Below, in pieces: positions 52,734-64,000 of a stretch of DNA of 64,000 nt. Location of the stretch: contig JALMLS010000156.1 in the NCBI GenBank assembly GCA_038496445.1, forward strand, positions 108,797 to 172,796, given 5' to 3'. Origin of the DNA: Trichosphaerium sp. ATCC 40318 (Eukaryota > Protista > Tubulinea). Made by a program: the position numbers and the translations under genes. Within the stretch, counting starts at the first letter, position 1. Each line of letters opens with the position of its first letter. Under the pieces are notes generated by a model, which worked only from the letters and a program-made list of their open reading frames with translations, was not told where the DNA came from and made no database searches.

Positions 52734-55700
52734 TTAATGTATTGCACGTTGTATGGCTTCAACTTTTTTGATAACCTCCTCTGCAGTAGTACCGAGTTGT
52801 TCAGCTATTTTTACAACAAGATTTTTTGGTAAATCAAGAACAGATTCAACCAAGTCTCCATCAATGAATCCCTTACAAGGTGCAGTTCTACGTTCATTAC
52901 AGAATGATCGCCATCTTTTTTAATAGAGTTAAAGGTATAAAAAACCTTGGGATGCACAAGGCAAACCAGTGTGTTGAAAAGAAGAAAAAAATGAGAAAGT
53001 TTTGGAACAACGACCGAAAGGTCTTTTGTTTTAAAGGATACTCATCATGTGAAAAGCCACCAATGCTCTTTACATTCTGGTTTATCGCTGAAAGAAGTTT
53101 TGTGCAAAATTCAAAGCGTTCTTTATCCAAAGAAGCAACAACACCAATTTGTCCATTTACAGTAGCAAAAAGAGTTGTTGGAAGCTCTAAGCTCTCTCCA
53201 TCAGGTAATTTCATAACAAGAGATCCTACACTCGGTTATTAGACAAAATACTTGTAGAGTAGAAAAGCACAATAGAAAGAAAGACTTCAGATCACGTACC
53301 TTTACGGAAACGGTTCACAAACTCTCCTAAATGATATTCTCCAATCACTCTCAGTCGCGTTCTTTTTTCTTCTGTAGGGGCCTACAACACGTGTTATAAA
53401 ATATTTCTACGCTACATGCGATATGATAATTTAAGAACATACCCCAGATACATATTGGACTGAGAAAAGATTGAAGGAGTTCTCCGAACCAAGGAAGATT
53501 TCATCTTCCAAAATCGCTACTGAACTCATCCAATTTGGATTAAAATCTAAACAAGTCCCTTGTTAACGAACTGATAGGCTATCACGTGAGTAAAATTACC
53601 TCTAGCTATTTCTTCTATTGTTCCATCAACAGATTTATACGTAAGTAGAGATATAGACTTCATTAGATCACCAACAACGATGAAATCGCCTCTCGTTGCC
53701 ATAAACAAAACAACAATATGTCCTTGCTTCTCACACTCGCTAACAAGTTCCATGACACCATCTTCAGCTTCAGTCCACTTAAACAGCTGAACCTATAGCA
53801 CGGCCTTTTAGTATTAAAGAAAGTATCAAAAAAAGACGAAAAAACACGTGAAGAACGAAAGAACAAAAGACAGAAAAAAAAAGAGAAAAAAGAAGGAAAA
53901 AAAAAGAAAAACAACTAATGACACTACCTTTGAGTTAATACCAGCAAGAAGTTTGCCATTAAAATATTCTATACAATAAACAGCTCCTTTTACTTCAGTC
54001 TCTGCTTGTAACTCTAGTTTGTTGTTTACAACATTAAAGACAAGAAGACGACCCTAATAATGTTAATGTTGATGTAATTTCGTATCTTGCGTGCCTTTGT
54101 TGGTTCTTGTTCTGATGGCAAGGCAAGAGCAGTACCGACAACAAAATACTTGTTTTTATCATCTGTAAACTCACAAGTCATACAAGAACACGCATTTTCA
54201 AATTGCTGTAGTTGGTATGAATCAACAACTAAAAAAAAGTTGTCAACAGATTATTCTCTGCAGTCGCTCTCTTTATGAATGTTGTCTTACCTTCAAAAGT
54301 TTGATCATCAATGAGCTTTACAAAACTTGTTTCGGTTTCCTACGAAAATAATATGAGTATGGCAACAAGCAAGACGTATAAATTACTAACCTCTCCTTCG
54401 TCATTAATAGATAATCTTACAGATAACAAACAGAAAACATTTGCTGATTCATGATGACAAATACGCCTTGGCATTTCACCAAGCGGTACAGTACGGATAT
54501 GTAGTTTTTGGATTTCATCAATAGTACCTTAAAAAATATCATAAGAGGAAGGAAAAAGCCAACAAAAAGTTGATGCAAACTAAAAACAAAAATATTGCTA
54601 GTTACCAATTGTAAGAGAGTTTTCTGTAGCTAATGCAAGGGACTCTGGGAAGCTCTGACAATCGAAGTCGCACATATAACTGACTTCCTAGAATATATAT
54701 GAGTACTATGAAGCTTAAAGGAATAACCCTAATTCAACGTACAGGTAAATTTACAGTTGAATACAACAATTTGTTATTTCGGCTATAAAGAACAGTAGGT
54801 CTATCAGAACATGCAAACACGTTGTGTTCTCCCTAATAGAGTAAATAAATACTAAGCACAACAAAAATAATAACATACCTTTGATACAAACGGCTTAAGC
54901 ATGATAGCTTGAGTACCCAAAGAAATCTTTTTTCTGTCACTAATATGACCTTGTTTTAAATCAAACTGGAAATTAAGCAAATGACCATCACCAAGACCAA
55001 CAAGTAGATAATGTGTTCCAGAGAATGTAGCAAATAGAACAGACCGAGGTACAATCTCTCCACCAAGTGCTTCTTTGTTGAACTCAGTCAAGTCAGGTAA
55101 GCCCAAGATACGGATAGTAATATCAGTCCATAATCCAACCTAACAAAAAATATTAATACATGGCTTTAAGCGCTCGAAATATGGAACCGTACTGCACAGA
55201 ATGTAGCTGTATCACTTCCTCCTACTGGTCTAATATTCAAGCAAGATATCTCATGGTCCATTTGTTTATTACTACTAACGTAAGCCGAAGACTATTGAGA
55301 ATCAAATACGCACCCTTTTTGCACAATCTTATCGTTTTGAATTTCAAGATAGTACAACTGCTTTCCACCAGTAGCAAGAACAATTTGACTTCCATAAGCA
55401 GAGCATACAGTTGCAGATTGTCCACTAGATGGAGTCCAAGTATCAAGACGCTCTTGAGTAACAGAAGAAACAAGGTAGACACTTTTTTCGCTAATCTATA
55501 AATAATCAATAAGCAACCTATTGTCAATTTGTCTAATCGCAACGTACCTGGACATAGTTGCCTCCTGGAACGCTACTACAGTATAAAGTAGTTTCATCTT
55601 CGGTAACAAATCCACTAATCTCTGTTTCTGATAGCTCTTCTCCAGCCATAGCCAAAATACGTGTTTCACCGACAAACGCCATAACAAGCAACTGTTTAAA

Positions 55701-57997
55701 AAGTCAATTACATTTTTTCTATTTTAGAAAGGCTACACAACGTACTTTCTCCATCTCTCCTTCTTCATCATCTACCTCCATTTTATCACCTTCAATAGGC
55801 GGATTTAATGACCAAATACCCTTAACACCCTACATGCCTTTAGACTGAAGTTAACAGATACATTAAAACAAACAAACCTGAAGATCAATTGCTGCGTGTT
55901 CATTGATACCAATACCATTTCTAACAACACGAAGAGATCCGTCTATAACTTGATTAAGACTGAACAACAACAAAAGGCAAGAAAGAGGTTTTTGAAAGAA
56001 ACCACAAAGCAACTCGAGTTGGTTGAGTTGACTTTTGTTTGTATTTTGCTTTGACAATTACCTTTATAAGCGCCTGAACATGTAACTATTTGACCTTGTC
56101 CTTGACGCTCAATATCTACAACACAGAAATCTACAATAGGCCCAAGATTCGTAAAAGACTCGATAACTTCAATGTATTGACCTGGATAGCATACGAAAAT
56201 TAAGAAAAAAATTAAAACAAAAGAATGGTCTCACCAGTTTCCTCATCCTTTGTATCATTCAATTTAATCAATTGGGAATCACCGTAATTAGATCCTATAT
56301 ATACTACACCTTCATCAAGGTATGTAATTGTAGAAGGACAAGAACTCTAAAACAAACCCATTAACTCCAAAAAAACAGGAATAATAAAATATCGTACTTC
56401 TCCCAAAGTTTCTAACGTCATGCCTGTAACAACATTTCCCTATTTATAAAATTAAACATGTCAGTACAAGATGAATAACATACTTCTGTAGTGAGGACAA
56501 GAACATGGATATTTCCCATGTGATCGCCCAAAAGAATACGTTTTCCGCTGGCATCAATTTTACCATAAGCCTACACAAAAAAAAATAAAATTAACAAAGA
56601 CGCACACAGCACGTCATGCTTTATATTTTAAGCGTATGAAAATCGATTATAGTACCTTCATTATAGTTGTTTTCATAGCGAGAGACTTGAAAAATTGCCC
56701 ATTGTGGTAAATGATGGACTGTTCGCCGACAATAATAGTACCACCTTTTTTGAAAAAAAAAAGTTAGGTCGATGGTTTTTTTTTGGTTTTACACACCATA
56801 AGGTTTCGGTAGTGTTATGATCATACTAGCTCCACCTTCTACGTTTGGTAGATTCCAAGGTCCTTCTTTGAGCTCCTGGAAAAAGATTAGGATCACTCAC
56901 AACAAAAAGAACTGGTAACAAACAGAAAACCGCCGGGATATTATTTCACCGCTTATAATCCAACCAAATGTCGATAATATAATCAATAAACATGCGCACC
57001 TTTTTGATAAGATCGATTTCGTATGTTTTTACATGTCTGGCTTCTTTTGTGTCTTGATACAAAATAACTATAGTTGGTTTATTGGTGCCGCTCAGTATCT
57101 TTATGTCAATGATCAAAAGTTCCTCCAGACGCAAGTTATATACTTCAGTTCCAAGTAAGCGACCTTCCTTATCAATAGGAATAATCTAAATACGCTTTAG
57201 AATGAGAAAAGTCTCAAAAAAAAAAACATTTTGAAAAAAAAATTAAGTCAACACTAACCTTTATCAAACCATCATAAAGGTGTAATCCAATAAGCCTACA
57301 TTCAGGATCTATAACGCCAATCTGACCAACATCAGCAGGTCTACCTATCAAATCCTAACACAATAATCACCAGTTATTCTTCAATAAAAATCGCACAAGC
57401 AGAGCAAACAAATTTATAAAAAAAGTAAACTATTTTTCATTTTTCCGAATATTGACGCTTATTAGACTTGTTCTTATCCCAAAATATTACCTTTACGTCG
57501 CCCTGTGCACGTGTAATTACTTCTCCTTTTTCGGGATCATAAGCCAAAATACAAAACTTGTATCGCTCTGTACAGATAAACAGCAAATCGCGATTTTCTC
57601 CCTAAAACAAAAAACTGTTAACAAAAAAGAACTGTTTCATAAATGCGTCATTGCTTGCCTCTGGTCTTAGCGTTTGCATAATAGATACACGACCATAGAT
57701 AGGTACAGCAAGCATCGGTTGGAGGCCGTCTTGAGAAAGCAAATATATCTCAACCTGCGTGCATTTGCTGTAGAGAGTTAGACGGTAACTTCAAACAATC
57801 GGCGCAAAACTCGTATGGAGAAATGTTTCAAATAGTGGTGAAATAACGCCATTGCTAATGCCTCAAGCGTCACAAGCCAGGATCAGTCAATTAACGTACC
57901 AGATGAGTAAATTGACATCAGTGGTGCCCGTAAAGTTAGCTGTCAATGAGTGTGTAACCGCTGTGGGCTTGTGGGCTGTAACTACGTAATTATACAT
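52734..57997 (-). CDS. DDB1: DNA damage-binding protein 1 (CUL4 adaptor)
   Basis: [86 protein letters not shown]; many introns. Confidence 0.98.
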
Positions 57998-58735
57998 GCT
58001 GGCGCCAAATCTTTTGTTGTGTCGCTAAACATGTACGTTAGTAACTCATATGTTGGTAGAAGAATTTTACTGTTCATAGGAATACGTGAGAGATTTAAAC
58101 AAAAGTTTTTTACAACTTCCACTATAACCTCCGCACGAACCCTCGCCATAGAACACAGCTATTAACGTTGCCACCAAATAAACGAAAAAATACTCAAGCA
58201 AGAAACAGTACATAATAACAACACAACCATCATCAAAAGCGTACGTACGTTTGTTATTTGTCCCGAGGAATGTAACTTAGCACTTGAAGGTGAATAGCGC
58301 TTACAGTGCAAAGATTAAGCTAAACAGGTAAAACAAACGCAGTGGTAGTAACCAAGGTGGAGTCAAGCTGAATTTGGTCAAGGTGAATAAGCTTTGAAAA
58401 AAAACAGCACTCAGGACGATTAAAGTACGTTTGTACAATCACTTGCGCGGCGTAACGCCTTGTCAACTATCAAAACGTCATTGTGCAAACAATAACAAGT
58501 GTCACTGTTGTCCCATGCTATAAAAACGCCTGCGGTACCCCGAATGCTAATTTGTGCAATAGGTGTCTGCACTTAGATTTTAATGCTAGAAATAGACTTT
58601 TATAGAAACGACCGAAAAAATCAAGTTAATTCTACGCAAACACCATTGTAGTAGCGAGAAGGAAGCTATAAGTGTCATCTGAAGCAATCGCAGCGAGAAC
58701 AGTAGTGGCCAATAACAACAAGAAAATAGATCGTC

Positions 58736-61724
58736 ATGCTGGCTACAAGTGCGTATTTCTACAAGTAAATGATAAGGAGAATTGTATCAATTTGAGAACA
58801 AACGAGCGAAAAAAGTTTAAATTACAACACCTCACACACAAAACCAAAGCTGAGCGTGTATTTTTGCAATTCGCACATCCAATAATAGTTGGTTTCCATA
58901 ATACTGTAATAGCCTCGCTCCACGCGGGCGACACAATTGTCCTTGACAAGGAAGACAAAGATGGTTGGTGGAAGGTAAAGATCAACGGAGCAAAGGTAAA
59001 AACCTATACTATTGCCTCAAAACCACTTCAATGCATATAATTCACCATGTGTAAAACGCCAAACTGCAAAACAACGCGATACAAGCAACAGACCAAAAAC
59101 ATTTTTTTTTTATGAAATCCTCCGCACGTTGTGTTTTAATGCTTTAACAAGGGTAAAATACGAATAAGTGGAGTGTACAGCAAACAACTATCGTCAATAG
59201 ACTCTGGACGGCCAGTTAGAGGTCATCAGAAGGAATTATCAGATGGAGTAAGCAGCGAGCGCCCTCCTAGCTTCCGGGACTTTGTACCAACTTGTCAAAA
59301 TAGAATGCTAACTTACACTACGTAGTTGACAGTCACTGGACATAGAAAGAAAAAGAGCGGCACTAGGAAAAGAACAAAGAAGTATAATATTCAGTCAGCT
59401 ATACCTGAAGACCGTATACAGAAGCGTAGCGTTAGACTGGTCCGTTTTTTTTTACAAACAAAAAAAAAAGGAGAAAAACAAATTGCTCGTTATTTTTACT
59501 CAAGAATCTAAGTTTAACCACGTTGCATTTTATGTTGAACTTCTTTTGTAGGAACTAAAAGATCTACGCATGGAGTTGGAATTATTAAAAACAGAGATTG
59601 TTCTTATGGCGCGTGTTTATGAAGAGCACTTTGGTGAGGCACCGCGTGATAAGCGTGTGCTAAGTCTATTAGCACCAATAGACCTAGAGGCAAGTTTTTG
59701 ATTTTCGGAGTTCAGAAAAAAAAAGTTGCGCGGGAGGCGTTTCTTTTGCGTTGATTGCGTCGGTGTATATTAACTATTGCGTAGAGAGGCTTTTTCAAGA
59801 AGTTTCACCTGTTTGACCCATATTTGTGCCAAATTAAAGGAAAAGAGGCGCGCTTAATGCTTCAATGTAATCCAGATGTATTACCGCATCACGCACTATT
59901 TTACAAGCAATTACTGTTCCCTGATTTCAACATGGGCACTATACACGTTGATGGCACGCTCTACTCGCTCACTATTAGCGTCTAACGATTTTCTTTTAGA
60001 GCGTGCTGATTTGACAACTCTAAAATTCAACGTATTTACTTTCAAACAAAGCAACGACTTCAGGCATTGCATCAAGCTCATAATGTTAATGTTTGCCGAA
60101 TTAGGACTGATTGAAGAATTCAATATACCAGAAATAACTCTCTACAGGTGAGTAGTTACTCCACATTGAGTTTTTGTAGAGTAGCCATTTTTTTTTTTGA
60201 AATTAAGTCTTTGTTAGGTTCTTGCATTTTGTCTACACGAAATATCGTAGAGATGATGTTGTTCCATTCCATAATTTTTACCATGCGTTTAACGTTACGC
60301 AAACATTGTATTGGATGCTGGTTGGAGGAGAAGCACGTAGATTGTTTTCTTCTGTAGAGTTGCTATGTCTTATTATTGCAACACTCTGCCATGATATAGA
60401 CCATCCAGTGCGTGTTTTACTCTCGCGGTTTTATTTTCATTTGCTATTTTTTGTTTACTGTGCTCACTTTTACTGTAGGGTCTAAACAATACGTTTCAGA
60501 AGAAGGCTGGAACAAAAATTGCGGATTTGTACAAACGTTCCATATTGGAGAATCACCATTATCAACAAACTATGTTTATTTTGAGACAGCCAGAGTGTGA
60601 TATCCTTCAAAATTACGATGAAGCTTATGTAATTGAGAGCGAACTTCGAGATTTAATTCTAGCTACTGATCTTGCGCTTCACCGCGCTTCTATTGGTGAT
60701 TTAGAGACGCACAAACGGTACGAATGCTTTGTTCTCAAGTTTAAACTATTTTATCGCCAAACGAGCGTCAAGTTGTTTCTTACGTACTTTAGGTCCCTAC
60801 AGCGGTATTGGAAGAAGGTGGCCAAGTATCGCGACTTGAAAAAGCGTCCAAGTAGCAAAGATGCTTTGAACAAATTCAAAATGACACGTTCGTCATCTAG
60901 TATAAGCGACACTAGCCTAAAAGAAGCTCCTGTCTCACAAAAAGACGTAAGATACATGTTTTTGTAGATTTGTTTCCATTTTCCTAACTTATAACTTTTC
61001 AGGTGAGCGAGTACTTTGTTTCTAAGCAAGCAGCGCATGCAATTATGATTTGCATTGTAAAATGTGCTGACTTGTCGAATGAAATTAGACCTCCGGAAAT
61101 TGCCACAAAATGGGCTAATCTTGTAATGAGAGAGTTTATAGAACAGGCACGGTGTTTATACTTTGTTCACGAGTAAGCGCGTAGTGAAACTTATTAACTC
61201 TTTCGAAAAGGGTAAGAAAGAGCGTGAGATGGAATGGGATGTGACACCGTTTATGAATAGTCACAATATTATTATGGCTAAGGAACAAATCAACTTTATT
61301 AATAATCTCTGTCTACCACTGTACCGTAAGGTAGCAGAAATTGTACCAGGCCTAGGAGCTTGTGTCCAGCAAATGGAACAGTACGTTCTTTTCTAAAAAA
61401 ACCAGCGAATGACAAAGAAACGGAGTAATTAATTAGAGGCTTCCTCGTGAAAATATTTTTTCTGTTTTTCTCGAGTTGTTTTGCTTACTTTTCTCTTTTA
61501 GGAATTCTGCATCGTATGATGAACGCCTACGCACGTTCTATAAAGATCCTGATGTACTTAAACGTTTATCAGACAACAGTGTTTTCGAGCAAGAACAAGT
61601 TAAAGGTTCTTCTCTTAAGAAGATACTTGCCGAACGAGCATCAGGATTTGTTGTCACTGCTAGACGGCGGACAAAAAAGGATAAGCAAGCGAAAAAGTCA
61701 AGTAAGTCTACAGATAAGGCTTGA
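58736..61724 (+). CDS. class I cyclic-nucleotide phosphodiesterase with degenerate N-terminal SH3-like segment; start uncertain
   Basis: FHNFYHAFNV, HDIDHPG, LENHH, ILATDL, KCADLSN, EFIEQG and EQINFI. N-terminal SLHAGDTIVLDKEDKDGWWKVKINGAKG. Confidence 0.88.
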
Positions 61725-62258
61725 GATATAAAGAGTGTAACATAGGCAAATAAATTTAATTATGATTTTTTCATTCAAATTGTTTGCTTTTGCTTTTTGA
61801 GACTGCTTCTGTAATAATGAGTGCTTGGAGAACTAGTTCAGTGGTGTTGAGGAAACATTCAGTGAGAGAGACGAAAAATATATAGTGCGAAAGTATTTTT
61901 GTTGAACAGTATTGGTAAAGTTTTATTGTAAAATCTTTCGTCATGTCGTATTAATAATGGCATTCTCGATATTCGAACTAAAGTGACAGTGTTTTTTTTC
62001 TTTGTCGTGACGTTAGCCGAAATAGTGTTCTATATTTGTATCAAACACACAAAAAAGAATGAAAATATTTTTAAGAGAAAGAATAATAAGACATTATTAG
62101 AGGTTGTTAAAAGCGCCGTTTTGTTTTGGGCACTGGTTTGATGTTTTTATTTACATTATTATTTTTTTTTCGGTTTTGTTATTCACAATTTGTGCAGGTA
62201 GTGTATTTACATTTGTACAGTGGTGTTCTGAAGGGTTTTCGTTGGTTTTTTTTGGCTT

Positions 62259-63071
62259 TTAGTGACACATGTGTAGAGCAGGTAGAGTCACTTTGTATGG
62301 TGCTCTAAAGGCGCTAGGGCGTGGGGATTTGTGTAGTGTCGTCATAGAACCTGTCAATGATCTGAAAGGAGCCAATTTGATTTTTTTGAATGCTCTTTGT
62401 TCTGTAGCGCATCCTGATGCGTCGTAAGATCGCTTTCTAGATTTTGTTGGCAATGAAGTGTTTTTTTGTTGAAGCGTTAAGAGAATCTCTGCTCCTTCGA
62501 ATAGTCTTTCTGTGCTCTCCGTTAGCATCGATCTTGTTGATTGCTTTGGTTTTTGAAGTTCAACTACGCGATTTGTTTTTTGTTTCAATTCTGCGTTGTG
62601 TTCAGCGAATTCTACCAACTGTACGCGAGACGATTTCATTGGCCTTGCTCGGAGGAAACAATCACTGAATTGGGTGCCTACTTGTCCTTGGCCCATACCG
62701 CGTTTGAAATCAGGTCTGATAATTACTCTGGATGTTCTGGCTGTTTTCGCGAGTTGTCGTGCGTTTTGAATGGATAAGTGAAAAATGACGCGGTGGATGT
62801 TCGTTGCCACGTTTACGTTCTTGGAGGCTGTGGTTGTTTCTACGGCTTGAAGTTGAGACAAAAGCACGTAAACGGTGTTGTTTCCGCCGTCGCTTAGAGC
62901 TTGTTCGATCTCATTGCGTTGTATGCGTCGTCTCTCCTTCCTGGACATTTTGGAGTATTTCTTAGGCGTTGTAGTTGGAAAGTTGTTTGTAGTTCCTGAG
63001 AAGAAGCTTGTAGGTACGAATGTTGTTGTATGAATAGGTTGCATTGTTGTTGTTGCCAGTGTGGTCATCAT
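62259..63071 (-). CDS. hypothetical intronless protein (~270 aa; Thr-rich N-terminus, basic NLS-like segments)
   Basis: Long open frame; probable ATG at 63071 (MMTTLATTT); no family recognised. Confidence 0.6.
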   Translation of the reverse strand: MMTTLATTTMQPIHTTTFVPTSFFSGTTNNFPTTTPKKYSKMSRKERRRIQRNEIEQALSDGGNNTVYVLLSQLQAVETTTASKNVNVATNIHRVIFHLSIQNARQLAKTARTSRVIIRPDFKRGMGQGQVGTQFSDCFLRARPMKSSRVQLVEFAEHNAELKQKTNRVVELQKPKQSTRSMLTESTERLFEGAEILLTLQQKNTSLPTKSRKRSYDASGCATEQRAFKKIKLAPFRSLTGSMTTLHKSPRPSAFRAPYKVTLPALHMCH

Positions 63072-64000
63072 GGTGTATGTTTTAAAATTATGAGTTAAGT
63101 ATCGGGCAATAGTTTTTCTTTTTTCTGTGAACATAATTTCCCGTGACAGAACGTCGTTGTTGTCATACACACGCAACGCGGAGTGAACGTTTATCAAAAA
63201 ACTACCAGATATATAAGTAGGTTTCTGTGAAGTCTCAAAAACATTTAGGCGATTCTCCAAGTTTTTAAGATTATTATTGCTTTCAGTGAAAATAAGACTT
63301 CATGTGTTTGTGTTGCTGATTTGTAGTTTCATGCGGTTTTCGCCTAAATCCTAATAGAAAACGCGTTTTTTAACGTGCTTTCGTGTCATTGTCGCGTTAT
63401 ACATTATGTCATCTCCTCCTGTTTTACCGCTGCCGTAACGTTTCAAATACGTTTTTAAAATGTGTCAGACTCTTGCACGCAGAATAACGTTCTGTAACAC
63501 GTATTTTTAAACCAAAGTCACGAAGTTTCGGATATTTATTGAAAAAGTTGTCACAAGATTCGCTGAAGATCAGAACCCGGTTTTTTTTTGGTTTTATGTC
63601 ACCACAATATGGTTTTTGCCGTCCACGGGGAGGTTTCGCCGAAGCCCCGTATATTTGTCCGCAACTCCTGTAAACAGACAAGAACGCGCTGAATGTTCGC
63701 TTCTGCGCCCGGAGATGTTCGTTTGGCCGTAATAGCTCGTATTGTAGTAATAATACAAAACAGGTGGGCAATTCATTTTTCCCAACCAAATTAATAGCCC
63801 CGATATTTAACTCACAAAGCTGAGCGCTCCTTGTGGGTTCATAGTATTGCCTAAACGAAAAATTTTAGCGCATACGTCACTTGTCGAAAAATTTGAGTTA
63901 CCCGATTGCCCGCCTATTTGCCCTGGTGCGTCTATAAGGGGTAGTTTAGATGTAGTTTTTAGTGGTATTGAAGGCGCGTAGTGTTTGACAGTTGCTATTA

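Noticed and set aside
60600-60608. ATATCCTT as an AT-AC U12 donor
   Set aside because: It lies inside an uninterrupted PDE exon (CDILQN).
63424-64000. GC-richer end with ORFs 63424-63789 and 63594-63785
   Set aside because: No motif, tRNA fold or splice pattern; the window edge prevents a call.
1-64000. Alternative genetic code to explain the fragmented ORFs
   Set aside because: Conserved genes (DDB1, SDR, HAD, PDE) assemble with the standard code once short introns are removed.

Overview
Eukaryotic, AT-rich, gene-dense DNA with many short (~40-250 nt) spliceosomal introns, most likely a free-living amoeba-like protist (inference from a Dictyostelium CAR-type GPCR and giant-virus-like repeat genes). 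The ORF track fragments nearly every gene, so the models below were rebuilt by hand from splice sites and protein motifs. Recognisable genes: YVTN-like propeller, CAR-like GPCR, TVP15/COPI-associated protein, FAM172A/Arb2-like hydrolase, HAD phosphatase, GPI-anchored SMP-30-like propeller, EEP nuclease/phosphatase, three SDR copies interleaved with three small MGGxIS genes, MED16, sterol desaturase/hydroxylase, two tandem type I surface proteins plus a relic, an intronless F-box/LRR gene, DDB1 and an SH3-like + class I PDE. Highlights: (1) a ~700-nt, densely base-paired plus-strand ncRNA candidate (about 4825-5530) that I cannot assign to a family, next to a canonical C/D snoRNA and further structured segments; (2) U12-type (minor spliceosome) introns in DDB1, MED16 and probably FAM172A; (3) giant-virus-like intronless MORN and F-box/LRR sequences; (4) a TA-flanked MITE; (5) a poly(A)-tailed orphan ORF. 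All pairings, counts and homologies were judged by eye and from memory.
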